From the NCBI RefSeq assembly GCF_000186885.1, contig NC_014972.1, positions 3,600,001 to 3,632,000 on the forward strand: a DNA stretch of 32,000 nt. Reading direction: 5' to 3'. A program made the translations under genes and the position numbers. Below the pieces are notes generated by a model, which was not told where the DNA came from, did no database searches, and saw only the letters and a list, made by a program, of their open reading frames with translations. The stretch comes from Desulfobulbus propionicus DSM 2032. Its GTDB lineage: Bacteria; Desulfobacterota; Desulfobulbia; Desulfobulbales; Desulfobulbaceae. Below, in pieces: positions 17,816 through 25,934 of this stretch (its first letter is position 1; each line of letters begins with the position of its first letter).

Positions 17816-18892
17816 TTGTTCATTTTTTATGTATGTTCAAAATTAATGAACACTGATAAAAATGAACATAACCATGAAGGCGGTATCGCTATCCTTCGTC
17901 AAGCGATGGAAGCTTTGGCGGAGTTGGTCCATTTCCAATACGAGGTGGAGCCGACTCGCGATCATGTCGACGAACGGTACGATTGTATCATTCGGGTTAA
18001 AAATTACGATACGGAACTCCGGTGGTGTGTTGAAGTGAAAAATCGGCTCACAAAAGGGGACGAGCTTAAAGCTCTCCGCTGGAAGGAGAACGCAAAATAT
18101 CCTCTTCTGTTGGCAACCAAATACATTCCTCCCCAGGCGGCATTTAGATTGAGAGAAAATGGCATCCAATTCGTTGATACGGTTGGCAATGCTTTTATCA
18201 ATCAACCACCGCTGTTCATCTTTGTGCAAGGCAATAAACCGAAACCCGGAGAAATAGTGGCGGCGCCTGCTGCTCGTCTTTTTAAGGGGGTCGGTTTAAA
18301 AATCGTGTACCTCCTGTTGTGTCGACCGGAACTCGTTGTAAGGCCGTATAGAGAGCTGGCTGATATGGCAGGTGTCGCCTTGGGAACAGTGAACGTTACG
18401 GTGATGGAATTGATCAAGAAAGGCTTCATTCTCGATATGGGAAAGAAAGGGAAGAAGCTCTTGGATACAAAGACTCTCTTCGACCGCTGGATTGCGGCGT
18501 ACCCTGACAATCTCAAGCCGAAGTTATTGTTGGGACGATTCCGAGGTGATGGTGACTGGTGGAAGGATGCTCAGCTAGATCCCGTGTACGCTCAGTGCGG
18601 AGGAGAAGTTGCCGCAGCGAAACTGACCGGATATTTGAAACCAGGCGCGGTCACGCTATATGTCGATAAAAATCGTTTGCCTGAACTGGTAATCACAAAC
18701 AGGTTGAAAAAAGACCCACAAGGCAACGTTGAGATACTTCAACGATTCTGGCCACCAAAGAACGGTTTCGGTGAAGGTGATACCGTTCATCCGATCCTTG
18801 TCTATGCAGACCTACTCGCGCTAGGCGAACAACGAACCATGGAAACCGCACAGATTCTCTATGAGCGATATCTCGATAAATATTTCGAGTAG
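17816..18892 (+). CDS. AbiEi-like antitoxin/regulator: PD-(D/E)xK-like N-domain, winged-HTH and C-terminal domain
   Basis: The TTG at 17816 has GGAGAG 8 nt upstream; an alternative ATG is at 17846. D..CIIRV...CVEVKNRL is nuclease-fold-like. YRELADMAGVALGTVNVTVMELIKKGFI is HTH-like. The C-terminus HPILVYADLLALGEQRTMETAQILYERYL is as I recall in AbiEi-family proteins. Overlaps the downstream nucleotidyltransferase gene by 32 nt. Confidence 0.5.
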   Translation: MFIFYVCSKLMNTDKNEHNHEGGIAILRQAMEALAELVHFQYEVEPTRDHVDERYDCIIRVKNYDTELRWCVEVKNRLTKGDELKALRWKENAKYPLLLATKYIPPQAAFRLRENGIQFVDTVGNAFINQPPLFIFVQGNKPKPGEIVAAPAARLFKGVGLKIVYLLLCRPELVVRPYRELADMAGVALGTVNVTVMELIKKGFILDMGKKGKKLLDTKTLFDRWIAAYPDNLKPKLLLGRFRGDGDWWKDAQLDPVYAQCGGEVAAAKLTGYLKPGAVTLYVDKNRLPELVITNRLKKDPQGNVEILQRFWPPKNGFGEGDTVHPILVYADLLALGEQRTMETAQILYERYLDKYFE

Positions 18893-19734
18893 TATTGAAT
18901 CCGACAGGGTGGCCGTTCTCAGGAGTATCCAGGAAGTTGCTCAAGAACTTGGCATACATTTCATAGCGGTGGGAGCTTTTGCTCGTGACCTGATTTTCGA
19001 GCACTTTCATCGCATTCCAGCACCGCGATTGACGGAAGACATTGATATTGGTGTTGAGGTCGCAAGTTGGGAAGATTTCCATCGGTTGACAAGCATTTTG
19101 ATCGACCGCGGACTCTTTGCAGCGACAAGGGCCGCATCGATTCACCGACGTAACCAGTGCCGCCATCGTCGATATCGTACCCTATGGAAGGATAAGCGAT
19201 GAAATGAAACGGATAAGTTGGCCACCGGACCATGACATGGTCATGAGTATGCTCGGTTTTGAGGAGGCTTATCAATCTGCATTAACGGTACGTATCAACA
19301 ACGAACCTCCCTTAGATGTTCTGGTTCCATCAATACCGGCTTTGGCGCTTATGAAAATAATCTCTTGGGATGACGCGTACCCAAGGCGCGAGCGAGATGC
19401 TCAGGATCTTCTTTTCATCATGGAAAACTACGGAAACGCCGGGATTGAGGATGAACTGTACGATTCTCATGTGGATATGCTTACTGAAGAGAAATTTGAT
19501 ACCAGGCTTGCTTCAGTTCGAATCCTCGGGAGAGACATTGCGCGATTGGGTAGTCCGGAGACAATAAGGGCCGTAGAAGAAATTCTGACCTGTGAGACTG
19601 ATGAAGATAACGGTTTCAGAATGCTCTCGGATATGGCCAAAGGATCAATGCGTCAAGGGACCAGGTTTGTGGCTGCTCTACAACTCCTACGGAAACTCTT
19701 GCAAGGAATTCAAGAGAGCAAGCCGAAGGCGTGA
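18861..19734 (+). pseudogene. AbiEii/MNT-like nucleotidyltransferase toxin candidate, split by a frameshift near 19120-19135
   Basis: AVGAFARDL...RLTEDIDIGVEV (G-x(n)-DxD NTase motif) is in frame 0 up to ~19125. The continuation ...GPHRFTDVTSAAIVDIVPYG...WPPDHD... lies in the frame offset by one nucleotide and runs to 19734. Together they give ~290 aa. Confidence 0.65.
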
Positions 19735-19787
19735 GCGGTCAAAATTAACTTTTCGTTTAACCTCTAGGGCTCACTCAAGGTTACCTT

Positions 19788-19801
19788 TCTCCGCGCGGAG
19801 A
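19788..19801. repeat. Copy 3 of the 14-bp palindrome TCTCCGCGCGGAGA, here followed by TTTTGAATT (possible weak terminator)
   Basis: Exact string, 54 nt after the nucleotidyltransferase stop. The RNA could form UCUCC-GCGC-GGAGA followed by a U run. Confidence 0.9.
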
Positions 19802-20073
19802 TTTTGAATTACCGCAGTGTCTGGCTTAGTGGAGGCAATGACTTATCGATAAAAAAAATGCAGATGAATTCTGATGTCGTCGAGCGGTGTGTTATCGGTA
19901 GCGTAGAGGCGCGGCAGCTTGGCTAATCGTTTGGGGGGTGGAATGTTGTACATGTCCTGTATCTCTTTGGATTGAGGCTCAAATTGATAGTTCCAATTGA
20001 TGGATTTATCTTAGAAACCTCAGTCGGGTTTGACAGGGCTATTTGATATCTCGCCGAAATAATAAGAAAATTT

Positions 20074-20497
20074 CTACGATCCGGGCTGTTCTGTTATCAG
20101 TTTTAACGCTGATATACCCTGAAAGTGTTTTGCATTGTGCGTGACCAACGGCACTTTATGGCGAAGAGTGCATGCTGCTATCCAAGCATCATTCGGGTCT
20201 ATAGGGTTACCGTTTCTATTTCTCTCTGAGACGAGACGAGACGAGACGACCATAACACCTTGCGATTTCATGATCATACGGAATAACGACAAAATTTCTT
20301 AGAGTCGTTTCAAGGCTGTTACGCTTAGTACTCCCCCAATTGGCTTTCTCGGCCCCGTAATACAGTTCACCGACAGTAATAAATGAAATAGCCAAAAGGC
20401 GACCGTGGCAATGCGGAGCATAAGCATGAGCAAGCGGAACGCCTTTCATCATGTACGAGACTATACAGGTATCGAGGATAATCTTAGCATCGCTCAT
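20074..20497 (-). pseudogene. vapC: PIN-domain toxin VapC, frame broken inside a pentanucleotide repeat
   Basis: N-terminal half MSDAKIILDTCIVSY...TVGELYYG (20216-20497). C-terminal half ...GNPIDPNDAWIAACTLRHKVPLVTHN... (20074-20292) lies in a frame shifted by one nucleotide. The junction coincides with (GTCTC)4. Confidence 0.8.
20228..20250. repeat. Pentanucleotide tandem repeat (GAGAC)4 plus GAC, which is (GTCTC)4 on the coding strand
   Basis: Read directly: GAGACGAGACGAGACGAGACGAC. Confidence 0.95.
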
Positions 20498-21483
20498 GAT
20501 TTTCCCGCACCTCCTTGTCGAGAATGCCTCAACACGTCGATTGCATCTTCAAATCCGTCGTCTGCTTCACCCGGCCACGTACCGAATAGCACCCCAACGT
20601 CGATCAACGGTTTAACATTTTGGGCAAACGCTAATTCATCAAGCGAGGGAGATTCCCAGAAGTCATTGGAAATCGGCGTTCCCAACGGAAGTAAATCCAT
20701 GGCTTCATTATCACGGTCCTCAAGCCGTTCTATGTCATGAATTTTAATGCTCGCTATTTTTTCGGTAACAGGGTCCTCTTTGGCCTCACCTACAATCCGT
20801 ACAAATTGAAGAATATTTTCTAATACCTCGTCTTTTTGATCTTCTTTAAATAAACAAAGTACGGGTTCGCCGACTGACGGATGTATGCGGCATCTGGTGC
20901 CGTGCTCTTTAAAATCCGCCATAAGAAGGCGACCTTCAATAGTCCGGATATTGGTCTGTGGTCCTTTGATTCTCTCTTGGATTCTATTAAATCCTTCAAA
21001 CGTAAAACTGGTTTCTAGCGGTGTTTTGCGGTTATTTAGTTTGAAAGCGATATTATCGATGCCTTGAGAAAATAGAACCCCAGCATCACGCCAAGCCATT
21101 AGTACACCCGTGTCATAGCCAGGCGGTAAAGAATCATCGGGATATTGGCAAAGATCTAAACCAGCTATCGCTTTTTCAATAATTTCTTGTCCAAAATCAA
21201 ATCCTGGAAGAGCATGTTGTGTTTGACATCGTTCAAATCCGAGAACCGCAGCTGGACTCCCATGAGTAAGCAATACTAAGTCCAGAGCCACTTCTTCTTT
21301 TATACTACCTGGCTGTCTCCCACGTTTTATGCTCTCTGACTCTCCCAGTAAAACCAACCCGGTTCGGTGCAATGCTTTGTTTAGATTGTTGAGGAATCGC
21401 AAGAGGTGTTGGACCGGAATTCGTCCAGGCCCGACAGCCTTACCATCGAAGCGGATTGTTAGATAAGGTTCATTGTCAATCAT
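20494..21483 (-). CDS. 329-aa protein with a C-terminal VapB-like antitoxin tail and an uncharacterised ~270-aa N-terminal region
   Basis: AAGGGAGG RBS and an ATGA overlap with the vapC start. The tail DFWESPSLDELAFAQNVKPLIDVGVLFGTWPGEADDGFEDAIDVLR resembles short acidic antitoxins found upstream of PIN genes (recalled pattern). Confidence 0.6.
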   Translation of the reverse strand: MIDNEPYLTIRFDGKAVGPGRIPVQHLLRFLNNLNKALHRTGLVLLGESESIKRGRQPGSIKEEVALDLVLLTHGSPAAVLGFERCQTQHALPGFDFGQEIIEKAIAGLDLCQYPDDSLPPGYDTGVLMAWRDAGVLFSQGIDNIAFKLNNRKTPLETSFTFEGFNRIQERIKGPQTNIRTIEGRLLMADFKEHGTRCRIHPSVGEPVLCLFKEDQKDEVLENILQFVRIVGEAKEDPVTEKIASIKIHDIERLEDRDNEAMDLLPLGTPISNDFWESPSLDELAFAQNVKPLIDVGVLFGTWPGEADDGFEDAIDVLRHSRQGGAGKS

Positions 21484-21720
21484 GACGAACCTCCCTTGAA
21501 TGAATTCAGGGCACTGAACCTAGCTAGATTCGGGCACCGGAAAAATACGTATCTGGAATCGTTGTTGATGACTCAAATTAATATAACGAATCGACAGGCC
21601 AATATCACACTATTTTGACAGGATTTTTTCAACGTTATTCCCAGAGCCCGTTAGCATTCACTGGTTGTTGCAGGCTACCCGGCTCCCGAAAAAAATCATC
21701 TCGCTTGGTGCTCCAGGCCG

Positions 21721-22872
21721 TCAATTTGATACGTCATCGAACAGCTTTAATCCGCGCCTCCGTTCCGCGAACGGAACCAATCCTGAATCAACCAGCACCC
21801 GGTGTAATGGCACAATTCGCTTGGCATTGCTGTTTTTCAGCCGTTTATCACCACGGTCATTAACGTCAATGCACCAGGTTCCGTCTGTGTTGACAATGTC
21901 ATCACCGTCAAGCTGAGCAATCTCACTCTGGCGCATACCAGTGAAACAGGCAATTAAGGGTATCCAGAATTTCGACGGCTCGTCCGGTATTCTTGGCAGG
22001 TTCTCAATGATGACCTTGATGTCCGCGTCCGATACCGCAGGCCGTTCCGCGTCGTCACTCTTCTGGATTTTCAACACTGCCTTCTTGAACGGGTGGCTGT
22101 CGATCAGCGTATTGGTCACGGCCCAGTTAAAGAGTGTGGCAACATCGATCAGCCGCATGTTGACGGTCTTGACGGAGAGCAACTCATCCGCTGGCCGTTC
22201 AATCTCGATGATCTCGTCAATTGTCATGCCATGATATTCTTTCCGATTGATACACTTCGGCATCCGTTGCAGGCAGTCCCGATACCGGAGCTTGTCCTCG
22301 ACGCTGTACTGATCAATCGGCTTATCAGTGACAATCTCCATGAATCGGATCAAGTTTTTCTCAATGCCGCGCGCAATATCCTGTCCGCGCTGATCGGTGA
22401 CCTCTGTAATGTACAAACGGATCAGTTCGCTGAGTGGGATTCGCTGACTGGCCGATATAATAGGTGGGGTGAGTGGAATAGCTGCGGGTTCTGGTTCAGC
22501 CGTTGACGCGGACTGCTGTTCCTCGACGATTGCCGATTCAGCATTGTACACTTTATTCCAAAGCTCTTTTTCGCGGTCTCGAATGGTCGGTGGGGAATCT
22601 AACCTTTCTAATACGGTAAGCTCGACCAGCTGGCCGGTGGGATTTACACATGCCATCTCAGCTTTGAAATGGCTCAGGCGTAACGACTCGAATACCTGCT
22701 CGGCTGCGGCCACATACTGACGGCACCGGCGCAGGGCAACGGTCTTGCTCCGAGTCCGCAGCGATTTTTTCAGCTCAGTACGCTTGAAGATCGGCTGAAG
22801 GTCGGTGGGGATCCTCATGCGGAAGTAATAAATGGATTCTAAACTTTGGAAAAAATAGGCTGGATTGCGCAT
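21721..22872 (-). pseudogene. Tyrosine-recombinase integrase, 3'-truncated (lacks HxxR and the catalytic Tyr)
   Basis: AGGAG precedes the ATG at 22872. N-terminal YYFRMRIPTDL arm-type domain, box I ...FTGMRQSEIAQL, and K in KRLKNSNAKRIVPLH. It stops at ...LKLFDDVSN*, before box II. The downstream frames show only decayed sequence. Confidence 0.7.
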
Positions 22873-22969
22873 CTCGTCTCCTAAAATCAATGATTTGCGA
22901 GAAAACGTAATGCGCAAAAATGTGTACAGCCAAGATAATCGGATTATCTCGGCTGTTACATGTTGCTCG

Positions 22970-23018
22970 AAAAAAAAAGGATTTCAGAGTGTTATGAAAT
23001 AACCATCTGAAATCCTTT
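22970..23018 (-). terminator. Rho-independent terminator of tRNA-Leu/secG
   Basis: 13-bp perfect stem AAAGGATTTCAGA (22976-22988) / TCTGAAATCCTTT (23006-23018). On the minus strand it is followed by a U9 run (A9 at 22970-22978 on the + strand). Confidence 0.75.
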
Positions 23019-23024
23019 TGTATA

Positions 23025-23110
23025 TGGTGCCGAAGGCGAGACTCGAACTCGCACGACCGTGGGCCACTACCCCCTCAAGATAGCGTGTCTACCAATTCCA
23101 CCACTTCGGC
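23025..23110 (-). tRNA. leuU: tRNA-Leu (anticodon GAG), class II with a long variable arm, encoded CCA
   Basis: The reverse complement GCCGAAGTGGTGGAATTGGTAGACACGCTATCTTGAGGGGGTAGTGGCCCACGGTCGTGCGAGTTCGAGTCTCGCCTTCGGCACCA folds as a cloverleaf. The anticodon loop is TTGAGGG. It closely resembles E. coli leuU, which also follows secG. Confidence 0.95.
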
Positions 23111-23116
23111 AATATT

Positions 23117-23491
23117 TCACTGCTGACCGGATGCGTCTGCTTTCTCCTGAGGCGCTTGCGGCCCTGCTGCTTTTTCGGCTGGCAACGGCACCGCAACCGG
23201 TTGTTGCTGCGCCGGAATCTGCTGCTCTTGGACCTTGAGATCACTCATCACCGAGCCAGAGCTCTTATTGGCGGACAGATAGGCCAAGGTGACCGAGGTT
23301 CCCATGAACACGATGGCCGCCAACGTGGTGATTTTGTTCAACAGCGGCACAGGCCCCTCGGTACCAAAAAGCGACTGGCTCGAACCGCCGAACGACGCCC
23401 CAATGTCCGCACCTTTCCCGTGCTGCAACAACACGATGCAGATCAGAAACAGGCAGACAATGACATGAACGACAATGAGTATAGTTGTCAT
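23117..23491 (-). CDS. secG: Preprotein translocase subunit SecG
   Basis: MTTILIVVHVIVCLFLICIVLLQHGKGADIGASFGG... is the canonical SecG N-terminus; the C-terminal tail is Q/A/P-rich. Confidence 0.9.
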   Translation of the reverse strand: MTTILIVVHVIVCLFLICIVLLQHGKGADIGASFGGSSQSLFGTEGPVPLLNKITTLAAIVFMGTSVTLAYLSANKSSGSVMSDLKVQEQQIPAQQQPVAVPLPAEKAAGPQAPQEKADASGQQ

Positions 23492-24243
23492 CGAAATCGG
23501 GCAATCCGGTCAAACGATTCGGCCTTCAAGGCGGCGCCACCAACAAGCGCGCCATCGATATCCGGCTGCGCCATCAGGTCATCAATATTATCAGGTTTAA
23601 CCGAGCCACCATACAGTATCCTCACCGTTTCGGCAACAGTTTTCTCGTACATGGCCGCCAGTAATTGACGGAGAAAAGCATGCACCTCCTGCGCCTGCTC
23701 CTTGCTGGCCGTCTTGCCGGTACCAATGGCCCAGACCGGCTCGTAGGCAAGCACCACGCACTCCATCTGCGCACTGTTCACGGCCTGCAACCCTTCGCGC
23801 ACCTGGGTGTCGAGCACGGCAAAGGTCTTGCCGGCCTCACGATCCGCCAGTGTTTCGCCAATGCACAGGATCGGTCGAATATCGCCATCGAGGGCGCCGT
23901 GCAGGCGACGATTGATCATGGCGTTATCCTCGCCGAAGATATGTCGTCGCTCGGAATGACCGATAATCGCCAGGCTCACCCCCAGATCCTTGAGCATGGG
24001 CGAAGAAATTTCACCGGTATAGGCGCCCTCCCTGTCCCAGGCAATATTTTGCGCCCCAACTTGCAGGCCGGAGCCCTTGACCGCCGCGCAGACCGCGGCC
24101 AACGAGGTGAAGGACGGGGCAATCATGATGTCGCGGTCCGGGCAGGCGGCGCAGGTAGGTGCCACGGCCTGAGCCAATTGCACCGCCTCGGCGAGGGTCA
24201 GATGCATCTTCCAATTGCCTGCGATAAAAGGACGCCTCTCCAT
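23488..24243 (-). CDS. tpiA: Triosephosphate isomerase
   Basis: AAGGAG precedes the ATG at 24243 (MERRPFIAGNWKMH). IIGHSERR and AYEPVWAIGTG motifs. ATGA overlap with secG. Confidence 0.95.
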   Translation of the reverse strand: MERRPFIAGNWKMHLTLAEAVQLAQAVAPTCAACPDRDIMIAPSFTSLAAVCAAVKGSGLQVGAQNIAWDREGAYTGEISSPMLKDLGVSLAIIGHSERRHIFGEDNAMINRRLHGALDGDIRPILCIGETLADREAGKTFAVLDTQVREGLQAVNSAQMECVVLAYEPVWAIGTGKTASKEQAQEVHAFLRQLLAAMYEKTVAETVRILYGGSVKPDNIDDLMAQPDIDGALVGGAALKAESFDRIARFR

Positions 24244-24302
24244 GGAAATCTCCTTATTCTGAGCTGTCACTCTTGGGAACTTGTGATCCGTTTGTGGTCG
24301 TG

Positions 24303-25478
24303 TCAGTCCAGCGCCTTGATCCCCGGTAGCACCTTGCCTTCCATCAATTCGAGGAAGGCACCGCCGCCGGTCGACATGTAGGAAATGTTGCTGGCCTCGC
24401 CGGAAAGCGTGATGGCGGCGTTGGAATCACCGCCGCCGGTGACGCTCAGTGCATGCGAAGCAGCCACGGTATGGGCCAAGGCCATGGTACCCCGGGCAAA
24501 GGCATCCATCTCAAAAGCACCCATGGGACCGTTCCAGACGATGGTCTTGGCATCGGCCAGCACCTCGTTGAAACAGATCACCGAGGCTGGACCAATATCC
24601 AGGGCCATCCACCCTTCGGGAATATCCTGGATGGTCACTTGTTTGCAGATCGCGTCCGGCGCAAAACGATCGGCGACAATCACATCCACCGGCAGATAGA
24701 TGTTGATGTTCTTTTCCTTGGCCTGACGCAGCAGCTCGGCAGCCGTGCTCAACAAATCGTCCTCCACCTTGGAGGCGCCGACCGCGTACCCCTGGCTCTT
24801 GAGGAAGGTATTGGCCATGGCCCCGCCGATGATCATCTTGTCGACCCGCCCCAGCATGTTGCGCAGGGCCTCAAGCTTGCCCGACACCTTGGCGCCACCG
24901 ACAATGGCCACCAGCGGCCGCTGCGGGATTCCGATTGAGCGTTGGAAGTACTCCACTTCCTTCTGGAGAAGGAATCCGGCGGCCTTTTCAGCCACGTGCA
25001 GGGTGACACCCACCACCGAGGCGTGGGCCCGATGGGAGACGGCAAAGGCATCGTTGACATAGACATCGGCCAGCATGGCCAACTGCCGGGAAAATTCCGG
25101 GTCGTTTTTTTCTTCCTCGGGATGAAAGCGCAAATTCTCCAACATGAGGATCTCGCCATTTTTCACCTGCTCAACCGCCGTCACGACATCAGGACCAACG
25201 CAATCCGGGGCCAGCGGTATGGGTTGCCCCAGCAGGGCTGCGGTGTATGCCGCCACCGGGGCCAGGGAATATTTCTCCACCCGCTGTCCTTTTGGCCGTC
25301 CCATGTGGGTGCAGACAATGACCCGCGCCTTCTGTTCCAGCAGATAGCGCAATGTCGGCAATACGGTGCGAATACGCAGATCATCGGTGATCTCGCCCGC
25401 CTCGTTCATCGGCACGTTGAAATCAACCCGCACCAGCACCCTTTTTCCCGTCAGTTCAAGTTCTCGCAGTGTTTTCAT
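24303..25478 (-). CDS. pgk: Phosphoglycerate kinase
   Basis: KRVLVRVDFNVPM and FLELMEGKVLPGIKAL ends; 391 aa. Confidence 0.95.
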   Translation of the reverse strand: MKTLRELELTGKRVLVRVDFNVPMNEAGEITDDLRIRTVLPTLRYLLEQKARVIVCTHMGRPKGQRVEKYSLAPVAAYTAALLGQPIPLAPDCVGPDVVTAVEQVKNGEILMLENLRFHPEEEKNDPEFSRQLAMLADVYVNDAFAVSHRAHASVVGVTLHVAEKAAGFLLQKEVEYFQRSIGIPQRPLVAIVGGAKVSGKLEALRNMLGRVDKMIIGGAMANTFLKSQGYAVGASKVEDDLLSTAAELLRQAKEKNINIYLPVDVIVADRFAPDAICKQVTIQDIPEGWMALDIGPASVICFNEVLADAKTIVWNGPMGAFEMDAFARGTMALAHTVAASHALSVTGGGDSNAAITLSGEASNISYMSTGGGAFLELMEGKVLPGIKALD

Positions 25479-25490
25479 GGATTATCCTCA

Positions 25491-25934
25491 TCATCGCGCG
25501 CGAAGATCCCGGCTCAACAGCAGGGCATCTTCAACCGGTTGACTGTAATAGTTTTTCCGCTGCCCCACCTGGCAAAACCCCGTCTTTGCATACAGGCGCA
25601 ATGCCGAAGCATTGGAACGGCGCACCTCAAGAAAGCAGGTTGTGCAACCTTGGCTTGCAAGCACGAACAGGCCCTGCGCCAGCAGCCCTTCTCCTACCCC
25701 CCGGCGCCGCCATCCGCGATCCACCACCAGGTGCAGCAACTCGCTCTCCGGAACGCAGGTTCGAAAAAAAACATAACCGCAGAGCTCGGCCCCGCATCGC
25801 GCCACCAACCCCAGCCCATTGCCCGCTTGTAGCTCGGCATGCAGTTGCTCCGGGCTCCAGGGCGCCGGCATGGCCTGCCGTTCAATCCGGGCGACCGCTT
25901 CCAGATCGCCCTCGCAGCATGGCTGGATCCTCAC
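25491..25934 (-). CDS. rimI: GNAT acetyltransferase, RimI-like (ribosomal-protein-alanine N-acetyltransferase)
   Basis: 147 aa. VVDRGWRRRGVGEGLL acetyl-CoA motif and LEVRRSNASALRLYAKTGF. The GTG start overlaps the gap stop (GTGA). Confidence 0.8.
   Translation of the reverse strand: MRIQPCCEGDLEAVARIERQAMPAPWSPEQLHAELQAGNGLGLVARCGAELCGYVFFRTCVPESELLHLVVDRGWRRRGVGEGLLAQGLFVLASQGCTTCFLEVRRSNASALRLYAKTGFCQVGQRKNYYSQPVEDALLLSRDLRAR

Larger units (their letters stand above)
11892..23024. mobile_element. tRNA-Leu-linked integrative mobilizable island remnant (left boundary uncertain)
   Basis: AT-richer by eye. Integrase sits next to the tRNA 3' end. Carries relaxase, IHF/HU, TA/Abi modules and Mrr but no mating-pair genes. 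Confidence 0.55.

Noticed and set aside
12229-19801. Near-equal spacing of the three palindromes (3774 and 3785 bp)
   Set aside because: The flanking sequences are not homologous, so this is not a 3.8-kb tandem duplication. The similar spacing is probably coincidental.
4030-23024. Direct repeat of the tRNA-Leu 3' end (attL/attR) marking the distal island border
   Set aside because: I looked by eye in all intergenic regions (4.0-4.3, 5.6-5.96, 11.9-12.3, 19.7-20.1 and 21.5-21.7 kb) and found none. A short or degenerate repeat cannot be excluded without alignment.
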